This document shows positions 18,401 to 29,314 of a stretch of 34,200 bases of DNA, piece after piece. Under the pieces are notes generated by a model. The model was not told the origin of the DNA. It ran no database searches and saw only the letters and a program-made list of their open reading frames with translations. A program made the translations under genes and the position numbers. This DNA comes from Candidatus Latescibacterota bacterium. Lineage in GTDB: Bacteria > Latescibacterota > UBA2968. How positions within the stretch are numbered: position 1 is the first letter of the stretch; each line of letters starts with the position of its first letter. The DNA is taken from NCBI GenBank assembly GCA_038279365.1, contig JAYODI010000049.1, forward strand, positions 9,532 to 43,731, written 5' to 3'.

Positions 18401-20061
18401 GTAAAAAGGTGTATCCGTGGATTGCCAAAGTGCGCCACTCCACACCTGGTGTGGAGTTGATTTCACCACCACCGCATCATGATATTTATTCCATTGAAGA
18501 TTTGGCGCAGTTGATTCACGATTTGAAAAACTCAAATCACAATGCGCGCATCAATGTGAAATTGGTTTCGGAAGTGGGTGTGGGTGTGGTTGCTGCTGGT
18601 GTGGCTAAAGGTCATGCCGATGTGGTGCTCATTAGTGGCATGGACGGTGGCACGGGTGCATCTCCACAAACGAGCATCAAACATGCTGGTTTGCCATGGG
18701 AATTGGGTGTGGCCGAAACCCACCAGACTTTGGTGCTCAACAATTTGCGGTCGCGCATTGTGGTAGAAACCGATGGGCAACTGAAAACGGGTCGCGATGT
18801 GGTTGTTGCTGCGCTTTTGGGCGCAGAAGAATTTGGGTTTGCAACCACAGGTTTGGTGGCGATGGGTTGTATTATGATGCGTGTGTGTCATTTGGATACG
18901 TGTCCTGTGGGTGTGGCCACACAAAACCCTGAGTTGCGTAAAAAGTTTATGGGTACACCCGATCATGTGGTGAACTTTTTAACTTTTATTGCAAAAGATA
19001 TGCGAGAGATTATGGCGCAGTTGGGTGTGCGCACTGTAAATGAATTGGTAGGGCGCACAGACTTGCTTGAACCCGATAAGGCAGTGACACATTGGAAAGC
19101 CAAAGGATTGGACTTGTCAGCCATTTTGCATCGCCCAACCATGGACCCCGAAGTGGATCGTTATTGCAAAATGCAACAAGATCACGGCCTTGAAAATGCC
19201 ATTGACAATCAGATTTTATTGGAGTTGTGTGAACCCGCACTCAAAGATGGCACCCATGTGCATGCTACTTTTGATATCAAAAATACCAACCGCGTGGTCG
19301 GCACTATTTTGGGCAGTGAAATAACAAGACGATTTGGCCCTGATGGATTGCCTGAAGACACGATTGACATCACATTTAAAGGTTCGGCGGGGCAAAGTTT
19401 TGCCGCATTTACACCGCCTGGTTTAACATTTCGAATTGAAGGGGATGCCAACGATTATTTTGGCAAAGGGTTGTGTGGCAGTAAGCTGATTATTTATCCC
19501 CCTAAAGGATCGACATTTACCCCCGAAGACAATGTGATTATTGGCAATGTGTCTTTTTATGGTGCCACCAATGGACAGGCATATATTCGTGGGCAAGCGG
19601 GTGAACGGTTTTTTGTTCGCAACTCGGGCGCACGTGCTGTGGTTGAAGGCATTGGCGATCATGGGTGTGAATATATGACAGGTGGTTTGGCGGTTATTTT
19701 GGGCAAAACAGGGCGCAATTTTGCTGCAGGTATGTCGGGTGGCATTGCCTATGTGTTGGACGAAGACGGCGATTTTCACACGCGTTGTAATTTGGAGTTG
19801 GTGGACTTAGAGCGTGTTGAATTGGCCGATGATGTGGCCGAATTAAAGGCGATGTTGAAAAAACACGCCGATTATACCGACAGCAATTTGGCATTGCGTA
19901 TTTTGAGCAACTGGGAAGAAACATTGCCCAAGTTTGTCAAAGTATTTCCCAAACCTTATAAGCGTATTTTGACGGCATTTGAAGAAGTGAAAAAAGAAGG
20001 TTTAGAAGGTGATGATGCTTGGCTTGAGGCTTTTCGCCGAGGTGTAGAGGCAGAGGCATAA
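15490..20061 (+). CDS. gltB: Glutamate synthase large subunit
   Basis: ERDACGIGF (amidotransferase Cys), [61 protein letters not shown], and a C-terminal GXGXG domain. Confidence 0.98.
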   Translation: MAYPPKQGLYNPRYERDACGIGFVVNIKGEKSNQIVKMALESLVCLDHRGARGAEDTTGDGAGILLQMPHGFFAHACEGLDIPLPELGHYGVGMVFLTDDGNRNARNEIRKQIENVIEEEGQEVLGWRKVPTDNFYLGPTSRASEPIVWQIFVGRNAELEDVLDFERKLYVIRKRITNMIRHGGIDKNFYIPSLSARTIIYKGMLTPMQVAEFYPDLQDSRMESAIALVHSRFSTNTFPSWELSHPYRYLIHNGEINTVGGNYNWMKTRQAMFESELWKDDLEKLFPIIYEDGSDTAKFDNCFEFLALSGRSLPHVAMMMIPEPWENHESMSDDKKAFYEYHASLMEPWDGPASIGFTDGTVVGACLDRNGLRPSRYYVTKDDILILSSEAGVVDIEPERVAYKGRLQPGRILLIDTQKGSIISDDEAKTQIASEHPYREWLNQHLVPLESLTDVDPIAPPTDHATILKRQQAFGYTFEDLKIFLGPMSHIGRDPVGSMGNDAPLAVLSNKPHLLYNYFKQLFAQVTNPPLDPLKEEVITSADTTIGPERNLLKPEPESCRQIRLKTPVITNEQLEKLSKVDQEGLRATTIPMLFDAKTGDLEKAMDDLFAAADKAIDEGYTILILSDRGVDQDHAAIPALLAMAGLHHYLIREGKRTKVGIALESGEPREVHHFCLLIGYGAQAINPYMAFESLADMIAEGQLPDISYKDAVKGYIKSATKGTIKVMAKMGISTIKSYRGAQIFEAIGIKQEVIDKYFTWTDSRVEGIGLDVIAQEALARHHKAYPEIPVNGSTLDVGGQYQWRQEGEHHLFNPLTIHKLQHAARNNDFGVYKEYAQLINDQSKNIGTLRGLLGLKFAKEPIPIEEVESVEAITKRFKSGAMSYGSISQEAHEALAIAMNRLGAKSNTGEGGEDPARYTLEPNGDSKNSAIKQVASGRFGVTSHYLVNAQELQIKMAQGAKPGEGGELPSKKVYPWIAKVRHSTPGVELISPPPHHDIYSIEDLAQLIHDLKNSNHNARINVKLVSEVGVGVVAAGVAKGHADVVLISGMDGGTGASPQTSIKHAGLPWELGVAETHQTLVLNNLRSRIVVETDGQLKTGRDVVVAALLGAEEFGFATTGLVAMGCIMMRVCHLDTCPVGVATQNPELRKKFMGTPDHVVNFLTFIAKDMREIMAQLGVRTVNELVGRTDLLEPDKAVTHWKAKGLDLSAILHRPTMDPEVDRYCKMQQDHGLENAIDNQILLELCEPALKDGTHVHATFDIKNTNRVVGTILGSEITRRFGPDGLPEDTIDITFKGSAGQSFAAFTPPGLTFRIEGDANDYFGKGLCGSKLIIYPPKGSTFTPEDNVIIGNVSFYGATNGQAYIRGQAGERFFVRNSGARAVVEGIGDHGCEYMTGGLAVILGKTGRNFAAGMSGGIAYVLDEDGDFHTRCNLELVDLERVELADDVAELKAMLKKHADYTDSNLALRILSNWEETLPKFVKVFPKPYKRILTAFEEVKKEGLEGDDAWLEAFRRGVEAEA

Positions 20062-20062
20062 T

Positions 20063-20144
20063 AGCGAAACAGCGAAACAGCGAAACAGCGAAACAACGAA
20101 TAGGTTTAGATTCGTCTATTCGTCCATTCGTCCATTCGTCTATT
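20063..20144. repeat. Inverted octamer-arm element between gltB and gltD
   Basis: (agcgaaac)x4 plus aacgaata, then attcgtct attcgtcc attcgtcc attcgtct. The CGAA and TTCG cores are in 8-nt register. Confidence 0.9.
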
Positions 20145-20173
20145 TTTTGGTTTTTAATTGCTAAGGAGAGTGC

Positions 20174-21664
20174 ATGGGAAAACCGACCGGATTTATGGAA
20201 TATCAGCGGGAGCTGCCGGCCGATAGAGACCCTAAGGAACGCATTAAAGATTGGAATGAGTTCCACGATCATCATTCGGAAGAAAAGATTCGCAAACAGG
20301 GTGCGCGGTGCATGGATTGTGGTATTCCGTTTTGCCATACGGGTGTGCCATTAGGCAGCCCAGCGGCAGCAGGTTGCCCCATTAACAATTTGATTCCCGA
20401 GTGGAATGATTTGGTCTACAGAGGTTTGTGGCAAGAGGCGCTTGAGCGCTTGCACAAGACAAATAACTTTCCTGAATTTACTGGTCGGGTTTGTCCAGCA
20501 CCGTGTGAAGGATCGTGTGTACTGGGTATGAACGAGCCTGCGGTGACGATTAAAAATATTGAAGTGTCGATTATTGACAAGGGCTGGGAAGAAGGTTGGG
20601 TGACGCCCGATATTCCTGAAAAACGCACGGGAAAACGTGTGGCAGTGGTTGGCTCTGGCCCGGCAGGTCTTTCCTGTGCGGCGCAGTTGAACAAAGCTGG
20701 TCACAAAGTGACAGTATATGAGCGTGCAGACCGTGTGGGTGGTTTGTTGATGTATGGTATTCCCAATATGAAGTTGGAGAAAAAACGGGTGGTGCAACGC
20801 CGCATTGATTTGATGATTGAAGCGGGTGTTGAATTTGTGACCAACACAGAAATTGGCAAAGACATATCTGCCAAAAAGTTGGTGGATGATTTTGATGCGG
20901 TGGTGTTGTGTGGTGGTGCGACCAAGCCGCGTGATTTGCCCATTGAAGGCCGTGAACTCAAGGGTGTGCATTTTGCCATGGATTTTTTGAAAGCCAACAC
21001 CAAGAGTTTGTTGGACTCCAATCATGAAGATGGCAATTATATTTCGGCTAAAGACAAACATGTGATTGTGATTGGTGGGGGTGATACAGGTACTGACTGT
21101 GTGGGTACGTCGATGCGACATGGGTGTCAAAGTGTGACCCAGTTTGAGATTATGGAACGCAAGCCCGAAAAACGTGCGGCCAACAATCCGTGGCCACAAT
21201 GGCCCAATATTTATTTGTTGGACTATGGCCAAGAAGAAGCCAAGGCGGTTTTTGGTGATGATCCCCGTGAATATTTGACCACTGCCACCAAGTTTGTAGG
21301 CGATGAAAGTGGCCAGGTTAAAGAAATGCACACAACACAAGTGGAATGGGTAAAAGATGATAATGGCCGTTTTTTCCCAAAACCCGTTGCTGGCACAGAA
21401 AAAGTGATTCCTGCCGATTTGGTACTTTTGGCAATGGGCTTTTTGGGCCCAGAAGATACAGTTTTGGAAGAACTCAATGTGGCACGTGATGAACGGTCGA
21501 ATGCCAAAGCAACAGAGGGCAGTTATGCCACAAGCATTTCGGGTGTGTTTGCCGCAGGCGATATGCGACGCGGGCAAAGTTTGGTGGTGTGGGCTTTTAA
21601 AGAAGGCCGAGGCGCTGCACGTGAAGTGGATCGTTATTTGATGGGGGCAACTGATTTGCCATAA
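20174..21664 (+). CDS. gltD: Glutamate synthase small subunit
   Basis: [73 protein letters not shown]. Confidence 0.98.
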   Translation: MGKPTGFMEYQRELPADRDPKERIKDWNEFHDHHSEEKIRKQGARCMDCGIPFCHTGVPLGSPAAAGCPINNLIPEWNDLVYRGLWQEALERLHKTNNFPEFTGRVCPAPCEGSCVLGMNEPAVTIKNIEVSIIDKGWEEGWVTPDIPEKRTGKRVAVVGSGPAGLSCAAQLNKAGHKVTVYERADRVGGLLMYGIPNMKLEKKRVVQRRIDLMIEAGVEFVTNTEIGKDISAKKLVDDFDAVVLCGGATKPRDLPIEGRELKGVHFAMDFLKANTKSLLDSNHEDGNYISAKDKHVIVIGGGDTGTDCVGTSMRHGCQSVTQFEIMERKPEKRAANNPWPQWPNIYLLDYGQEEAKAVFGDDPREYLTTATKFVGDESGQVKEMHTTQVEWVKDDNGRFFPKPVAGTEKVIPADLVLLAMGFLGPEDTVLEELNVARDERSNAKATEGSYATSISGVFAAGDMRRGQSLVVWAFKEGRGAAREVDRYLMGATDLP

Positions 21665-21680
21665 ATGGTTTGAGTTGTTT

Positions 21681-21717
21681 AAAACCTCGGGCGTGCTTGA
21701 TGCCCGAGGTTTTTTTT
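21681..21717 (+). terminator. Intrinsic terminator after gltD
   Basis: aaaacctcgggc / gcccgaggtttt followed by a poly-T run. Confidence 0.9.
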
Positions 21718-21891
21718 ATGTACCCAAATGAACATCTCAATATTTGTTATGTTCATGTTATAAAAATAATGCTATTTTTCTATCTATAAGCGTTTTATTT
21801 TCAGGGTATACAATTTGTTGTTTGTATAAATGGCGTGTTAAACTATGTTATAAAGGTATTGTGATTGTCTCATTTTGGGAGAGGGTAGCGC

Positions 21892-23967
21892 TTGGTGACT
21901 TTTGTTAAAAACATATGGGTGTGTTTGATTCTTATTGGGCCAATGATCTCCTGTGTGCCTGATGCACAAGCAGAAGATGATTTGCTTGTGTCATTGAGCT
22001 TAGAAGAGTTGATGAACGTTGAGGTGACGTTGGCATCGCGCAAAGAGGAACGTTTGTTTGAAACGGCGGCAGCGATTTTTGTGCTGACGCAAGAAGACAT
22101 TCGTCGCAGCGGTGCCACGAGTATACCGGAAGCTTTGCGTTTGGTACCCGGCATGCAAGTGGCGCGTTTGGATGCCAATAAGTGGGCCATTAGCGCCCGT
22201 GGTTTTAATGATCGATTGGCACAAAAACTTTTGGTGCTCATTGACGGGAGAACGGTATACACACCCATATTTTCAGGTGTTTTTTGGGGTGTGCAAGACT
22301 TGATGCTTGAAGATGTTGAGCGCATCGAATTGATTCGTGGCCCAGGTGCAACGCTTTGGGGGGCCAATGCTGTTAATGGCATTATAAATATTATCACCAA
22401 AAATGCACAAGACACACAAGGTACGCTGATTCGTTTGGGGGCCGGCACGGAAGAACGTGGATTTGGTGCCGTACGTTATGGTGGCAAATGGGGCAAAAAT
22501 ACTTACTTTCGTTTGTATACCAAATATTTTAATCGAGATGCATTTGTAGATGCATCTGGCAAAACCAAAGCCGATGATTGGTCTCAGTTTCGTACGGGTT
22601 TTCGATCGGATTGGCAGCCTTCGCTCCAAGATCATATCACAACACAAGGGGCGATATTTACGGGCAAGGCCGGGCAAACTTTTAAAGTGCCGACACTGAC
22701 GGGATCTTATGAAGATATTTTTGATGCAGATACAGATCAAGTGGGTGGACACTTTCTTGCGCGTTGGGATCACACACTTTCTGCCACATCGGGAACCGTT
22801 TTGCAAACATTTTATGATCGCAATAGGCGAATGGATCCTTTGTCTGCGATTTTGCGTGAGACCTATGATGTTGATTTTCAACATCGCTTTGCATTGGGGC
22901 GTCGACAACATGTTGTTTGGGGAATGGGGTATCGTACCAATCGTGATACCACCCGCGGTAGTTTGAAACTTTCTTTTGATCCACCCAGCCGAAAAACACA
23001 TACATTGAGTGCTTTTGCACAAAATGAAATTTCTGTGATTCAAGATAGACTTCGTTTGACACTGGGTTCAAAAGTAGAACACAATTCCTTTACGGGGATG
23101 GAATATCAACCCAATGCGCGTTTTTTATGGACACCTCGTTTGCACCACACGTTGTGGGGGGCTGTTTCACGCGCTGTGCGTACACCTGCGCGTGCCGATG
23201 ATGATGTGTTGATTGCTTTTCAAACTTTTAAACTTGAAGATATTCTGCCTGAAACGCCGCCGGGTGGGCCGCCCATTTTGGTATTTGTCAAAGGGAATCC
23301 AGATTTTGAGTCGGAAAAAATGATTGCATATGAGTTGGGATATCGGGTGCAACCGCAGGCAAATCTTTTTTTTGATGTGGCAACATTTTATAATGTTTAC
23401 ACCGATTTACGAGCCGGACGCGACAGTCCATTTACTTTTGTGACAAACCCAAACCATTTTGAAAGTACATTGGTGATTGATAACTTGATGGATGGCAAAA
23501 CGCATGGGTTGGAGGTGGTGGTAGATTGGCAAAGCAGCTCAAATCGAACCCGTTTTCGTGCGTCATATTCCTATTTGAATGTTGATTTGGATTTAAAACC
23601 AGGCGCTAATTCGGAAAGTCAGACAGCTGAAGTAGGCAACCCAAAACACCAAGCCTATTTTCATGCATCACTTATGCCTCATCAAAAGGTGCAGTTTGAT
23701 GGTATGATTCGGTTTGTGGCGCGGTCGCCTGCTCGTGCAGATGATATTTCTTTGCCATTTGTTGGGTTGCTTCCACGTATGAATCTGCCGCGATATACCG
23801 AACTGGACTTGCGGATAGGTTTGCATTTATCTCAGGAGCTTGAACTTTCTATTGTGGGCCAAAATTTGTTGCAAGCACACCATGCTGAAGCTGCAGATTT
23901 CTTTTTGGGTGCACAATCTACACAAATACAGCGTGGGGTTTACAGTACACTGTTGTGGTCGTTTTAA
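21892..23967 (+). CDS. TonB-dependent outer-membrane receptor
   Basis: Signal peptide ending AQA. Plug motifs LSLEELMNVEV, EDIRRSGATSIPEALRLVPG, LVLIDGR, IELIRGPGATLWGANAVNGIINIITK. C-terminal aromatic residue (WSF). Start is TTG 21892 or GTG 21895. Confidence 0.93.
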   Translation: MVTFVKNIWVCLILIGPMISCVPDAQAEDDLLVSLSLEELMNVEVTLASRKEERLFETAAAIFVLTQEDIRRSGATSIPEALRLVPGMQVARLDANKWAISARGFNDRLAQKLLVLIDGRTVYTPIFSGVFWGVQDLMLEDVERIELIRGPGATLWGANAVNGIINIITKNAQDTQGTLIRLGAGTEERGFGAVRYGGKWGKNTYFRLYTKYFNRDAFVDASGKTKADDWSQFRTGFRSDWQPSLQDHITTQGAIFTGKAGQTFKVPTLTGSYEDIFDADTDQVGGHFLARWDHTLSATSGTVLQTFYDRNRRMDPLSAILRETYDVDFQHRFALGRRQHVVWGMGYRTNRDTTRGSLKLSFDPPSRKTHTLSAFAQNEISVIQDRLRLTLGSKVEHNSFTGMEYQPNARFLWTPRLHHTLWGAVSRAVRTPARADDDVLIAFQTFKLEDILPETPPGGPPILVFVKGNPDFESEKMIAYELGYRVQPQANLFFDVATFYNVYTDLRAGRDSPFTFVTNPNHFESTLVIDNLMDGKTHGLEVVVDWQSSSNRTRFRASYSYLNVDLDLKPGANSESQTAEVGNPKHQAYFHASLMPHQKVQFDGMIRFVARSPARADDISLPFVGLLPRMNLPRYTELDLRIGLHLSQELELSIVGQNLLQAHHAEAADFFLGAQSTQIQRGVYSTLLWSF

Positions 23968-23980
23968 GAGAGTTAAGTCT

Positions 23981-24008
23981 GGCAAATGGCAAACGTGAAA
24001 CGACAAAT
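23981..24008 (+). repeat. Heptamer array (GGCAAAY family)
   Basis: ggcaaat ggcaaac gtgaaac gacaaat, close to the reverse complement of 5797-5824. Confidence 0.7.
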
Positions 24009-24060
24009 CAAACCGGCCTTTTTAAAAGGTCATTTTTAACATCACAAAAGGAGTGTTAAG

Positions 24061-24810
24061 ATGAGTGCAGCACTGGATTATGGGGTTCAGAGTTTTTGTT
24101 TTCGACATTTTAAAGACAATGCCGAAGTGGCAAGCAAGGTAAAAGAAATTGGGTTGGACAAAATTGAGGTGTGTGCCGTTCATGCCAATTTTAATGATCC
24201 TGACGGTTGGAAAAATGTTGTCAAGACGTATGAAGATTCGGGTGTATCGGTAATTTCGATTGGTGTGCAGACGTTTACGGGCAATCCTTCCGATAAGGAT
24301 TTTTTTGAGTGTGCGGCTATTGCGGGTGCCAAACATATTTCGTGCCATTTTCAACTTGAGTCGTATGCCAAAGCCATTGCACAAGTGCGCGGTTGGAGCC
24401 AAGAATATGGCATTCGGGTGGGCATTCATTGTCATGGCGGTTATCACTTTGGCGGTCAACCCAGTGTGCTTAAACATTTGATGGCCTTGGGTGCACCTGA
24501 AGTGGGTTTGTGCATTGACACGGCTTGGGCCATGCAAATTGGTCCACGCCAAGGCAACCCTGTCAAATGGACAGAAGATTTTGCTGGGCAAATTTATGGT
24601 GTGCATTACAAAGATTTTGTGTTTGATCCCAATGGCCAATGGCACGATACGGTGGTGGGTGAAGGCACATTGGATTTGAAAGCGTTTGTCGATGGGCTTG
24701 AAAAAGGTGGGTTTGATGGTATGGCAGTGATTGAGTATGAAGCCGATGTGGAGAACCCTGTGCCTGCGTTGAAAAATTGTGTGAAAAAAATGCGGGCTTT
24801 GGCAGGTTAA
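24061..24810 (+). CDS. Sugar phosphate isomerase/epimerase family (xylose-isomerase-like TIM barrel, IolE-like)
   Basis: GVQSFCFR, GIHCHGG, GLCIDTAW, VHYKD, GEGTLD, IEYE metal-site pattern. AAGGAG RBS. Confidence 0.85.
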   Translation: MSAALDYGVQSFCFRHFKDNAEVASKVKEIGLDKIEVCAVHANFNDPDGWKNVVKTYEDSGVSVISIGVQTFTGNPSDKDFFECAAIAGAKHISCHFQLESYAKAIAQVRGWSQEYGIRVGIHCHGGYHFGGQPSVLKHLMALGAPEVGLCIDTAWAMQIGPRQGNPVKWTEDFAGQIYGVHYKDFVFDPNGQWHDTVVGEGTLDLKAFVDGLEKGGFDGMAVIEYEADVENPVPALKNCVKKMRALAG

Positions 24811-24828
24811 TTCAGATTAACAGGATAT

Positions 24829-24860
24829 GATCGGGGTAGGTTTTATAACCTGCCCCGATC
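24829..24860. other. Intergenic hairpin (REP-like or terminator-like)
   Basis: gatcggggtaggtt ttat aacctgccccgatc, with no U tract. Confidence 0.45.
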
Positions 24861-24880
24861 TGTTATGGGGTATATGGTTT

Positions 24881-26602
24881 ATGGACCAAAAGCAAAAGTT
24901 GAGGAGCACAGGTTGGTTTGCCAATATGAGCCATTCGGGGTTTGTGGCGCGTGGGTGGTTGAAGAATCAGGGACATCCGGATCAGATGTTTGATGGGCGC
25001 CCCGTGATTGGTATTTGCAACACGTGGTCAGATTTGAATCCGTGCAATGCACATTTGCAAATTTTGGCAGGACAGGTGAAAAAGGGTGTGTATGAAGCGG
25101 GTGGGTTTCCTCTGGAGTTTCCAGTGTTGTCATTGGGTGAAACGCTAATGAAACCAACGACCATGTTATATCGCAACTTGGCGAGCATGGATGTGGAAGA
25201 AGCCATTCGGGCCAATCCGTTGGATGGTGTGGTGTTGTTAACTGGGTGTGATAAAACGACCCCTGCGTGTTTGATGGGTGCGTGTAGTGTCGATTTGCCA
25301 ACCATTGTGGTGCCGGGCGGACCGATGCTGAATGGGAAGCACCAAAACCGTAATATTGGCTCGGGAACAGATGTGTATCGGTTTACAACCGAGTTGCGTG
25401 CAGGCACGATGAGCCAAACGGAATATTTAGAAGCCGAAGGGTGTATTTCGCGCAGTGATGGGCATTGTATGACGATGGGAACGGCTTCGACAATGGCGTG
25501 TATGGTGGAAGCTTTGGGGTTGACATTGCCCAGCGGGGCGGCTATTCCAGCACCTGATTCGCGGCGCAAACGGTTGGGGCATTTGGCGGGCAATCGCATT
25601 GTGGACATGGTGAAAGAAGATTTGCGTTTGTCGAAGGTGCTGACACGACAAGCCATTGAAAATGCGATTGTGGTGAATGCCGCTTTGGGTGGATCCACCA
25701 ATTTTGTGGTGCATCTGTTGGCCATAGCAGGGCGCTTGGGTGTGGCGTTGACATTAGACGATTTTGATCGGTTGGGCAGCCATATGCCGTTGTTGGTCAA
25801 CTTGATGCCTTCGGGTCAATATTTGATGGAAGACTTTTTTTATGCGGGTGGTTTGCCTGCGGTGTTGGCCGAGTTAAAAGATCATTTGCATGGCGATGCC
25901 ATTACGGTAACGGGCAAGTCTGTAGCTGAAAACAATGAAGGTGCGGGGTGTTATAACCGCGAGGTGATTGCATCGATTGACAAGCCACTCAAAGAGGCGG
26001 CAGGCATTGCGGTATTGCGGGGCAATTTGTGTCCCGATGGGGCCATTATTAAACCGTCTGCGGCATCGGCTGAGTTGATGCATCACAAAGGGCGGGCGGT
26101 TGTGTTTGAAGACATTGAAGATTACAAAGCGCGTATTGACGATCCTGACTTGGATGTGGATAAAGATTGTGTGTTGGTGCTTAAAGGCATTGGACCCAAG
26201 GGTTTTCCTGGGATGCCAGAGGCGGGCAAGATGGGGTTGCCAAAGAAGTTGTTGGAACAAGGTGTACGCGATATGGTGTGTATTTCGGATGGGCGCATGA
26301 GTGGCACGGCCTATGGCACCATTGTGTTGCATGTGGCGCCCGAGTCTGCGGTGGGGGGCACGTTGGCATTGGTGCAAAATGGCGATATGATTGAGTTGGA
26401 TGTGAACAATCGCACGTTGACACTGGATGTGCCTGAGGCGGAATTGGAAAAGCGACGTGCGGCGTGGGTAGCGCCCAAACCGCGCGTGGATCGGGGATAT
26501 GCACGGTTATACACAGATCATGTGTTGCAAGCCGATAAAGGGGCCGATTTGGATTTTTTGGTAGGTGGGTCAGGGTCGGATGTGTTGCGGGAGTTTCGGT
26601 AA
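24881..26602 (+). CDS. IlvD/Edd-family dehydratase (L-arabinonate/sugar-acid dehydratase-like)
   Basis: PVIGICNTWSDLNPCNAH, PTTMLYRNL, GCDKTTP, GHCMTMGTASTM, GGSTN, SDGRMSGTAYG, HVAPE, HVLQADKGADLDFL. Confidence 0.9.
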   Translation: MDQKQKLRSTGWFANMSHSGFVARGWLKNQGHPDQMFDGRPVIGICNTWSDLNPCNAHLQILAGQVKKGVYEAGGFPLEFPVLSLGETLMKPTTMLYRNLASMDVEEAIRANPLDGVVLLTGCDKTTPACLMGACSVDLPTIVVPGGPMLNGKHQNRNIGSGTDVYRFTTELRAGTMSQTEYLEAEGCISRSDGHCMTMGTASTMACMVEALGLTLPSGAAIPAPDSRRKRLGHLAGNRIVDMVKEDLRLSKVLTRQAIENAIVVNAALGGSTNFVVHLLAIAGRLGVALTLDDFDRLGSHMPLLVNLMPSGQYLMEDFFYAGGLPAVLAELKDHLHGDAITVTGKSVAENNEGAGCYNREVIASIDKPLKEAAGIAVLRGNLCPDGAIIKPSAASAELMHHKGRAVVFEDIEDYKARIDDPDLDVDKDCVLVLKGIGPKGFPGMPEAGKMGLPKKLLEQGVRDMVCISDGRMSGTAYGTIVLHVAPESAVGGTLALVQNGDMIELDVNNRTLTLDVPEAELEKRRAAWVAPKPRVDRGYARLYTDHVLQADKGADLDFLVGGSGSDVLREFR

Positions 26603-27792
26603 TGAAAATTACAAAGGTGAAGACGTTTATTGTAGATGGCGGATTTCGCCCTTGGACGTTTGTGAAGGTGGAGACGAGTGATCCTGGGGTGATTGGATGG
26701 GGTGATTGTACGGATTGGGGTTCGCCTGGGCCTGTGGCGGCTACGGTAGAACGATATGCCGAATGGGTAGTGGGCAAAGACCCAATGCAGGTGGAGGCGA
26801 TTTGGTGGGATTTGCATGCGGCTTCTGCACGGCACAATGGGGGGATTGCGTATAAAGCGATGTCGGGCATTGATTCGGCTTTGTGGGACATTCGGGGCAA
26901 GGTACTCAATGCGCCGGTGTGGCAATTGTTGGGTGGAAAGATGCGCGATGAGATGCGGTTGTATTGGTCGCATTGTGGGTCGGTACGCGCGCAGCCTGAG
27001 CGAGCCAAGGCCATTGGTGTGCCGCGTGTGGAGACGACAGATGATGTCAAACGGTTGGCCGAAGAAGTACTCAAACGAGGGTTTACGGCCATTAAGACGA
27101 ATTTGTTTCCATTGCAGGATCGCCCCGACACGAAGTGGGTACGCAATGCGTTTTCGACTCATGCCGGTGATGCACCTGGGCCTGTGTTGCGCAATGCCGA
27201 GGCGATAGTGGGGGCGTTTCGCGAGGCACTTGGCCCCGATGTGGGGATTGCGTTGGATGTGGCGTTTACATTTAAGTTGGGTGGGGCGATCAAGTTGGCG
27301 CGGGTTTTGGAGCCGTATGATTTGATGTGGCTGGAAACAGAGACGTTTGATGCAGAGGCTTTGCGCACGATTCGGGAATCGACAACGACGCCAATTTGTA
27401 CGGGGGAGAGTTTGTTTGGGGTGATGGGGTATAAACCGTTTTTGCAGTTGCATGCGCAAGATGTGATTATGCCCGATTTGGCGTGGAATGGGATTACGAT
27501 GGGGAAGAAGATTTGCGATTTTGCACATGCATTTGATACGTTAATTGCACCGCATAATTGTCACAGCCCCATCAATACATTGGTGTCGGCCAATGTGTGT
27601 GCGACGGTGCCGAATTTTTTTGTTCATGAAATAGATGTGGATGATGCGCCGTGGCGCGACGAGATTATGACGCATCCATTTGAGATTCGGGATGGGTATT
27701 TGCAGTTGCCAAATCGACCTGGATTGGGGTCGGATTTGATTGAATCGGAGTTGTTAAAACATCCAGCGGGAACTTATCCGGGGGCTCGGTAA
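26602..27792 (+). CDS. Mandelate racemase/muconate lactonizing enzyme family (galactonate-dehydratase-like)
   Basis: MKITKVKTF, SGIDSALWDIRGK..NAPVWQLLGG, metal ligands in ALDV/WLE/TGES, APHN, PNRPGLG. TAATG overlap with the upstream gene. Confidence 0.9.
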   Translation: MKITKVKTFIVDGGFRPWTFVKVETSDPGVIGWGDCTDWGSPGPVAATVERYAEWVVGKDPMQVEAIWWDLHAASARHNGGIAYKAMSGIDSALWDIRGKVLNAPVWQLLGGKMRDEMRLYWSHCGSVRAQPERAKAIGVPRVETTDDVKRLAEEVLKRGFTAIKTNLFPLQDRPDTKWVRNAFSTHAGDAPGPVLRNAEAIVGAFREALGPDVGIALDVAFTFKLGGAIKLARVLEPYDLMWLETETFDAEALRTIRESTTTPICTGESLFGVMGYKPFLQLHAQDVIMPDLAWNGITMGKKICDFAHAFDTLIAPHNCHSPINTLVSANVCATVPNFFVHEIDVDDAPWRDEIMTHPFEIRDGYLQLPNRPGLGSDLIESELLKHPAGTYPGAR

Positions 27793-27811
27793 TGACCATG
27801 AGGAAAGGTTA

Positions 27812-29293
27812 ATGAATAAACCAAATCTATTGTATATACACTCGGATCAGCACAGTCCTTATGTGACGGGGTGTTATGGTGATAAGGTGGTGCAAACGCC
27901 GCATTTGGATGGGTTGGCAGCGGCGGGGGTGGTGTTGGAGAATGTGTATTGTCCGTCGCCGATTTGTGTGCCGTCGCGGATGTCGATGTTGAGTGGGCGG
28001 TTTCCGTTTGAAAATGAGGTATGGACGAATGGCCATGGATTGGATTCGAGCATTCCGACGTTTGCGCATGCGATGGGGGCTGGGGGGTATCGGCCGGTGT
28101 TGATTGGGCGGATGCATTCGGTGGGGCCTGATCAGTTGCATGGGTATGCCGAGCGTTTGGTGGGTGATCATGGGTCGAATTATGTGGGAGGTAAAGGGGC
28201 CAATCATGGGATGTTGACGGGCACGGCAGGGCCTGGGCGGGTGAGTTTGCGCAAGTCGGGCATTGGGCAAAGCGCGTATCAGGTGCATGATGAAGAGGTA
28301 ACGGTTGCAACGGTGGATTTTTTAAATCGGATGGGGGTGAAGAAGCGGGCTGGGCAACAGACGGCGCCTTTTTGTTTGTCGGTGGGGTTTATGTTGCCCC
28401 ATCAACCTTTTGTGGCACGGCGTGAAGATTTTGAGCGGTACGCAGGTCTGGTGCCATTGCCCAAAGTTGAAGAACCATTTTCAGACAGCTTACATCCGCA
28501 TATTAAGATGTGGCGTGAGAAATGTGGCATTGAACGTGTGACCGAGGCAGAGATTTATCGTGCGCGTACGGCGTATTGGGCACTTGTGGATCGAATGGAT
28601 GATATGATTGGACAAATTTTATTGGCTTTGCGCCAAAATGGTTTGGCGGAGAATACACTGATTGTGTATATGTCTGATCACGGTGAACAAGTGGGTGAAC
28701 ATGGGCTTTGGTGGAAACAAACATTTTATGAACATTCGGTGAAGGTGCCGGCCATTGTTTCTTGGCCAGGCAAATTGCCCGAAGGCAAACGGGTTGGTGA
28801 GGTCATTTCTTCTTTGGATTTGAATGCGACCATGATTGATGCTTTGGATGGGCCACCGTTGCCACATTCGCGAGGGCGTTCGCTGTTGCCTTTGTTGCGT
28901 GGAGAGACGACCCATTGGGAAAATGTGGCGTTTTCTGAATTTTGCCAAGATGCGGCAGGAGCAGGTGGGCCGTTTCCTCAAGAGGGTGTTTATCAACGGA
29001 TGATTCGGCGTGATGAATGGAAATTGAATTATTATCACGGTCAACCGAGCCAGTTGTTCAATTTAAAAGACGATCCCGATGAATGTTATGATCGAATTTT
29101 GGATCCTGCTTGTGCCGATGTGGTCGAGGCATTGACAAAAGAGGTCTTAACAGGGTGGTCGGTGGAAATGATTGTCAATAAGATGGCCCAAAAACGAGCA
29201 GATAATCGGGTATTGTCTGCGTGGGCGCGTCAGACAATACCACAAGATCAGGTAAGGTGGGATTTGCGTCCTGAGATGGATTATTTAGAGTAA
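27812..29293 (+). CDS. Formylglycine-dependent sulfatase (choline-sulfatase-like, cytoplasmic)
   Basis: KPNLLYIHSDQH, CVPSRMSMLSG (CxPxR), GRMH, PHQP, SDHGE, LFNLKDDPDE. No signal peptide. Confidence 0.92.
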   Translation: MNKPNLLYIHSDQHSPYVTGCYGDKVVQTPHLDGLAAAGVVLENVYCPSPICVPSRMSMLSGRFPFENEVWTNGHGLDSSIPTFAHAMGAGGYRPVLIGRMHSVGPDQLHGYAERLVGDHGSNYVGGKGANHGMLTGTAGPGRVSLRKSGIGQSAYQVHDEEVTVATVDFLNRMGVKKRAGQQTAPFCLSVGFMLPHQPFVARREDFERYAGLVPLPKVEEPFSDSLHPHIKMWREKCGIERVTEAEIYRARTAYWALVDRMDDMIGQILLALRQNGLAENTLIVYMSDHGEQVGEHGLWWKQTFYEHSVKVPAIVSWPGKLPEGKRVGEVISSLDLNATMIDALDGPPLPHSRGRSLLPLLRGETTHWENVAFSEFCQDAAGAGGPFPQEGVYQRMIRRDEWKLNYYHGQPSQLFNLKDDPDECYDRILDPACADVVEALTKEVLTGWSVEMIVNKMAQKRADNRVLSAWARQTIPQDQVRWDLRPEMDYLE

Positions 29294-29314
29294 ATTACTT
29301 AAAAGTGTTTTGAT

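Noticed and set aside
20351-21577. Long antisense ORFs (408 aa here; also 26518-27528, 24982-25800, 22273-23043)
   Set aside because: These are shadows of well-supported + strand genes with strong G/T third-position bias.
24881-28400. Very strong G+T skew suggesting foreign DNA
   Set aside because: The same skew appears in core genes such as moaA and the aminotransferase, consistent with leading-strand bias. No mobility genes or boundaries are visible.
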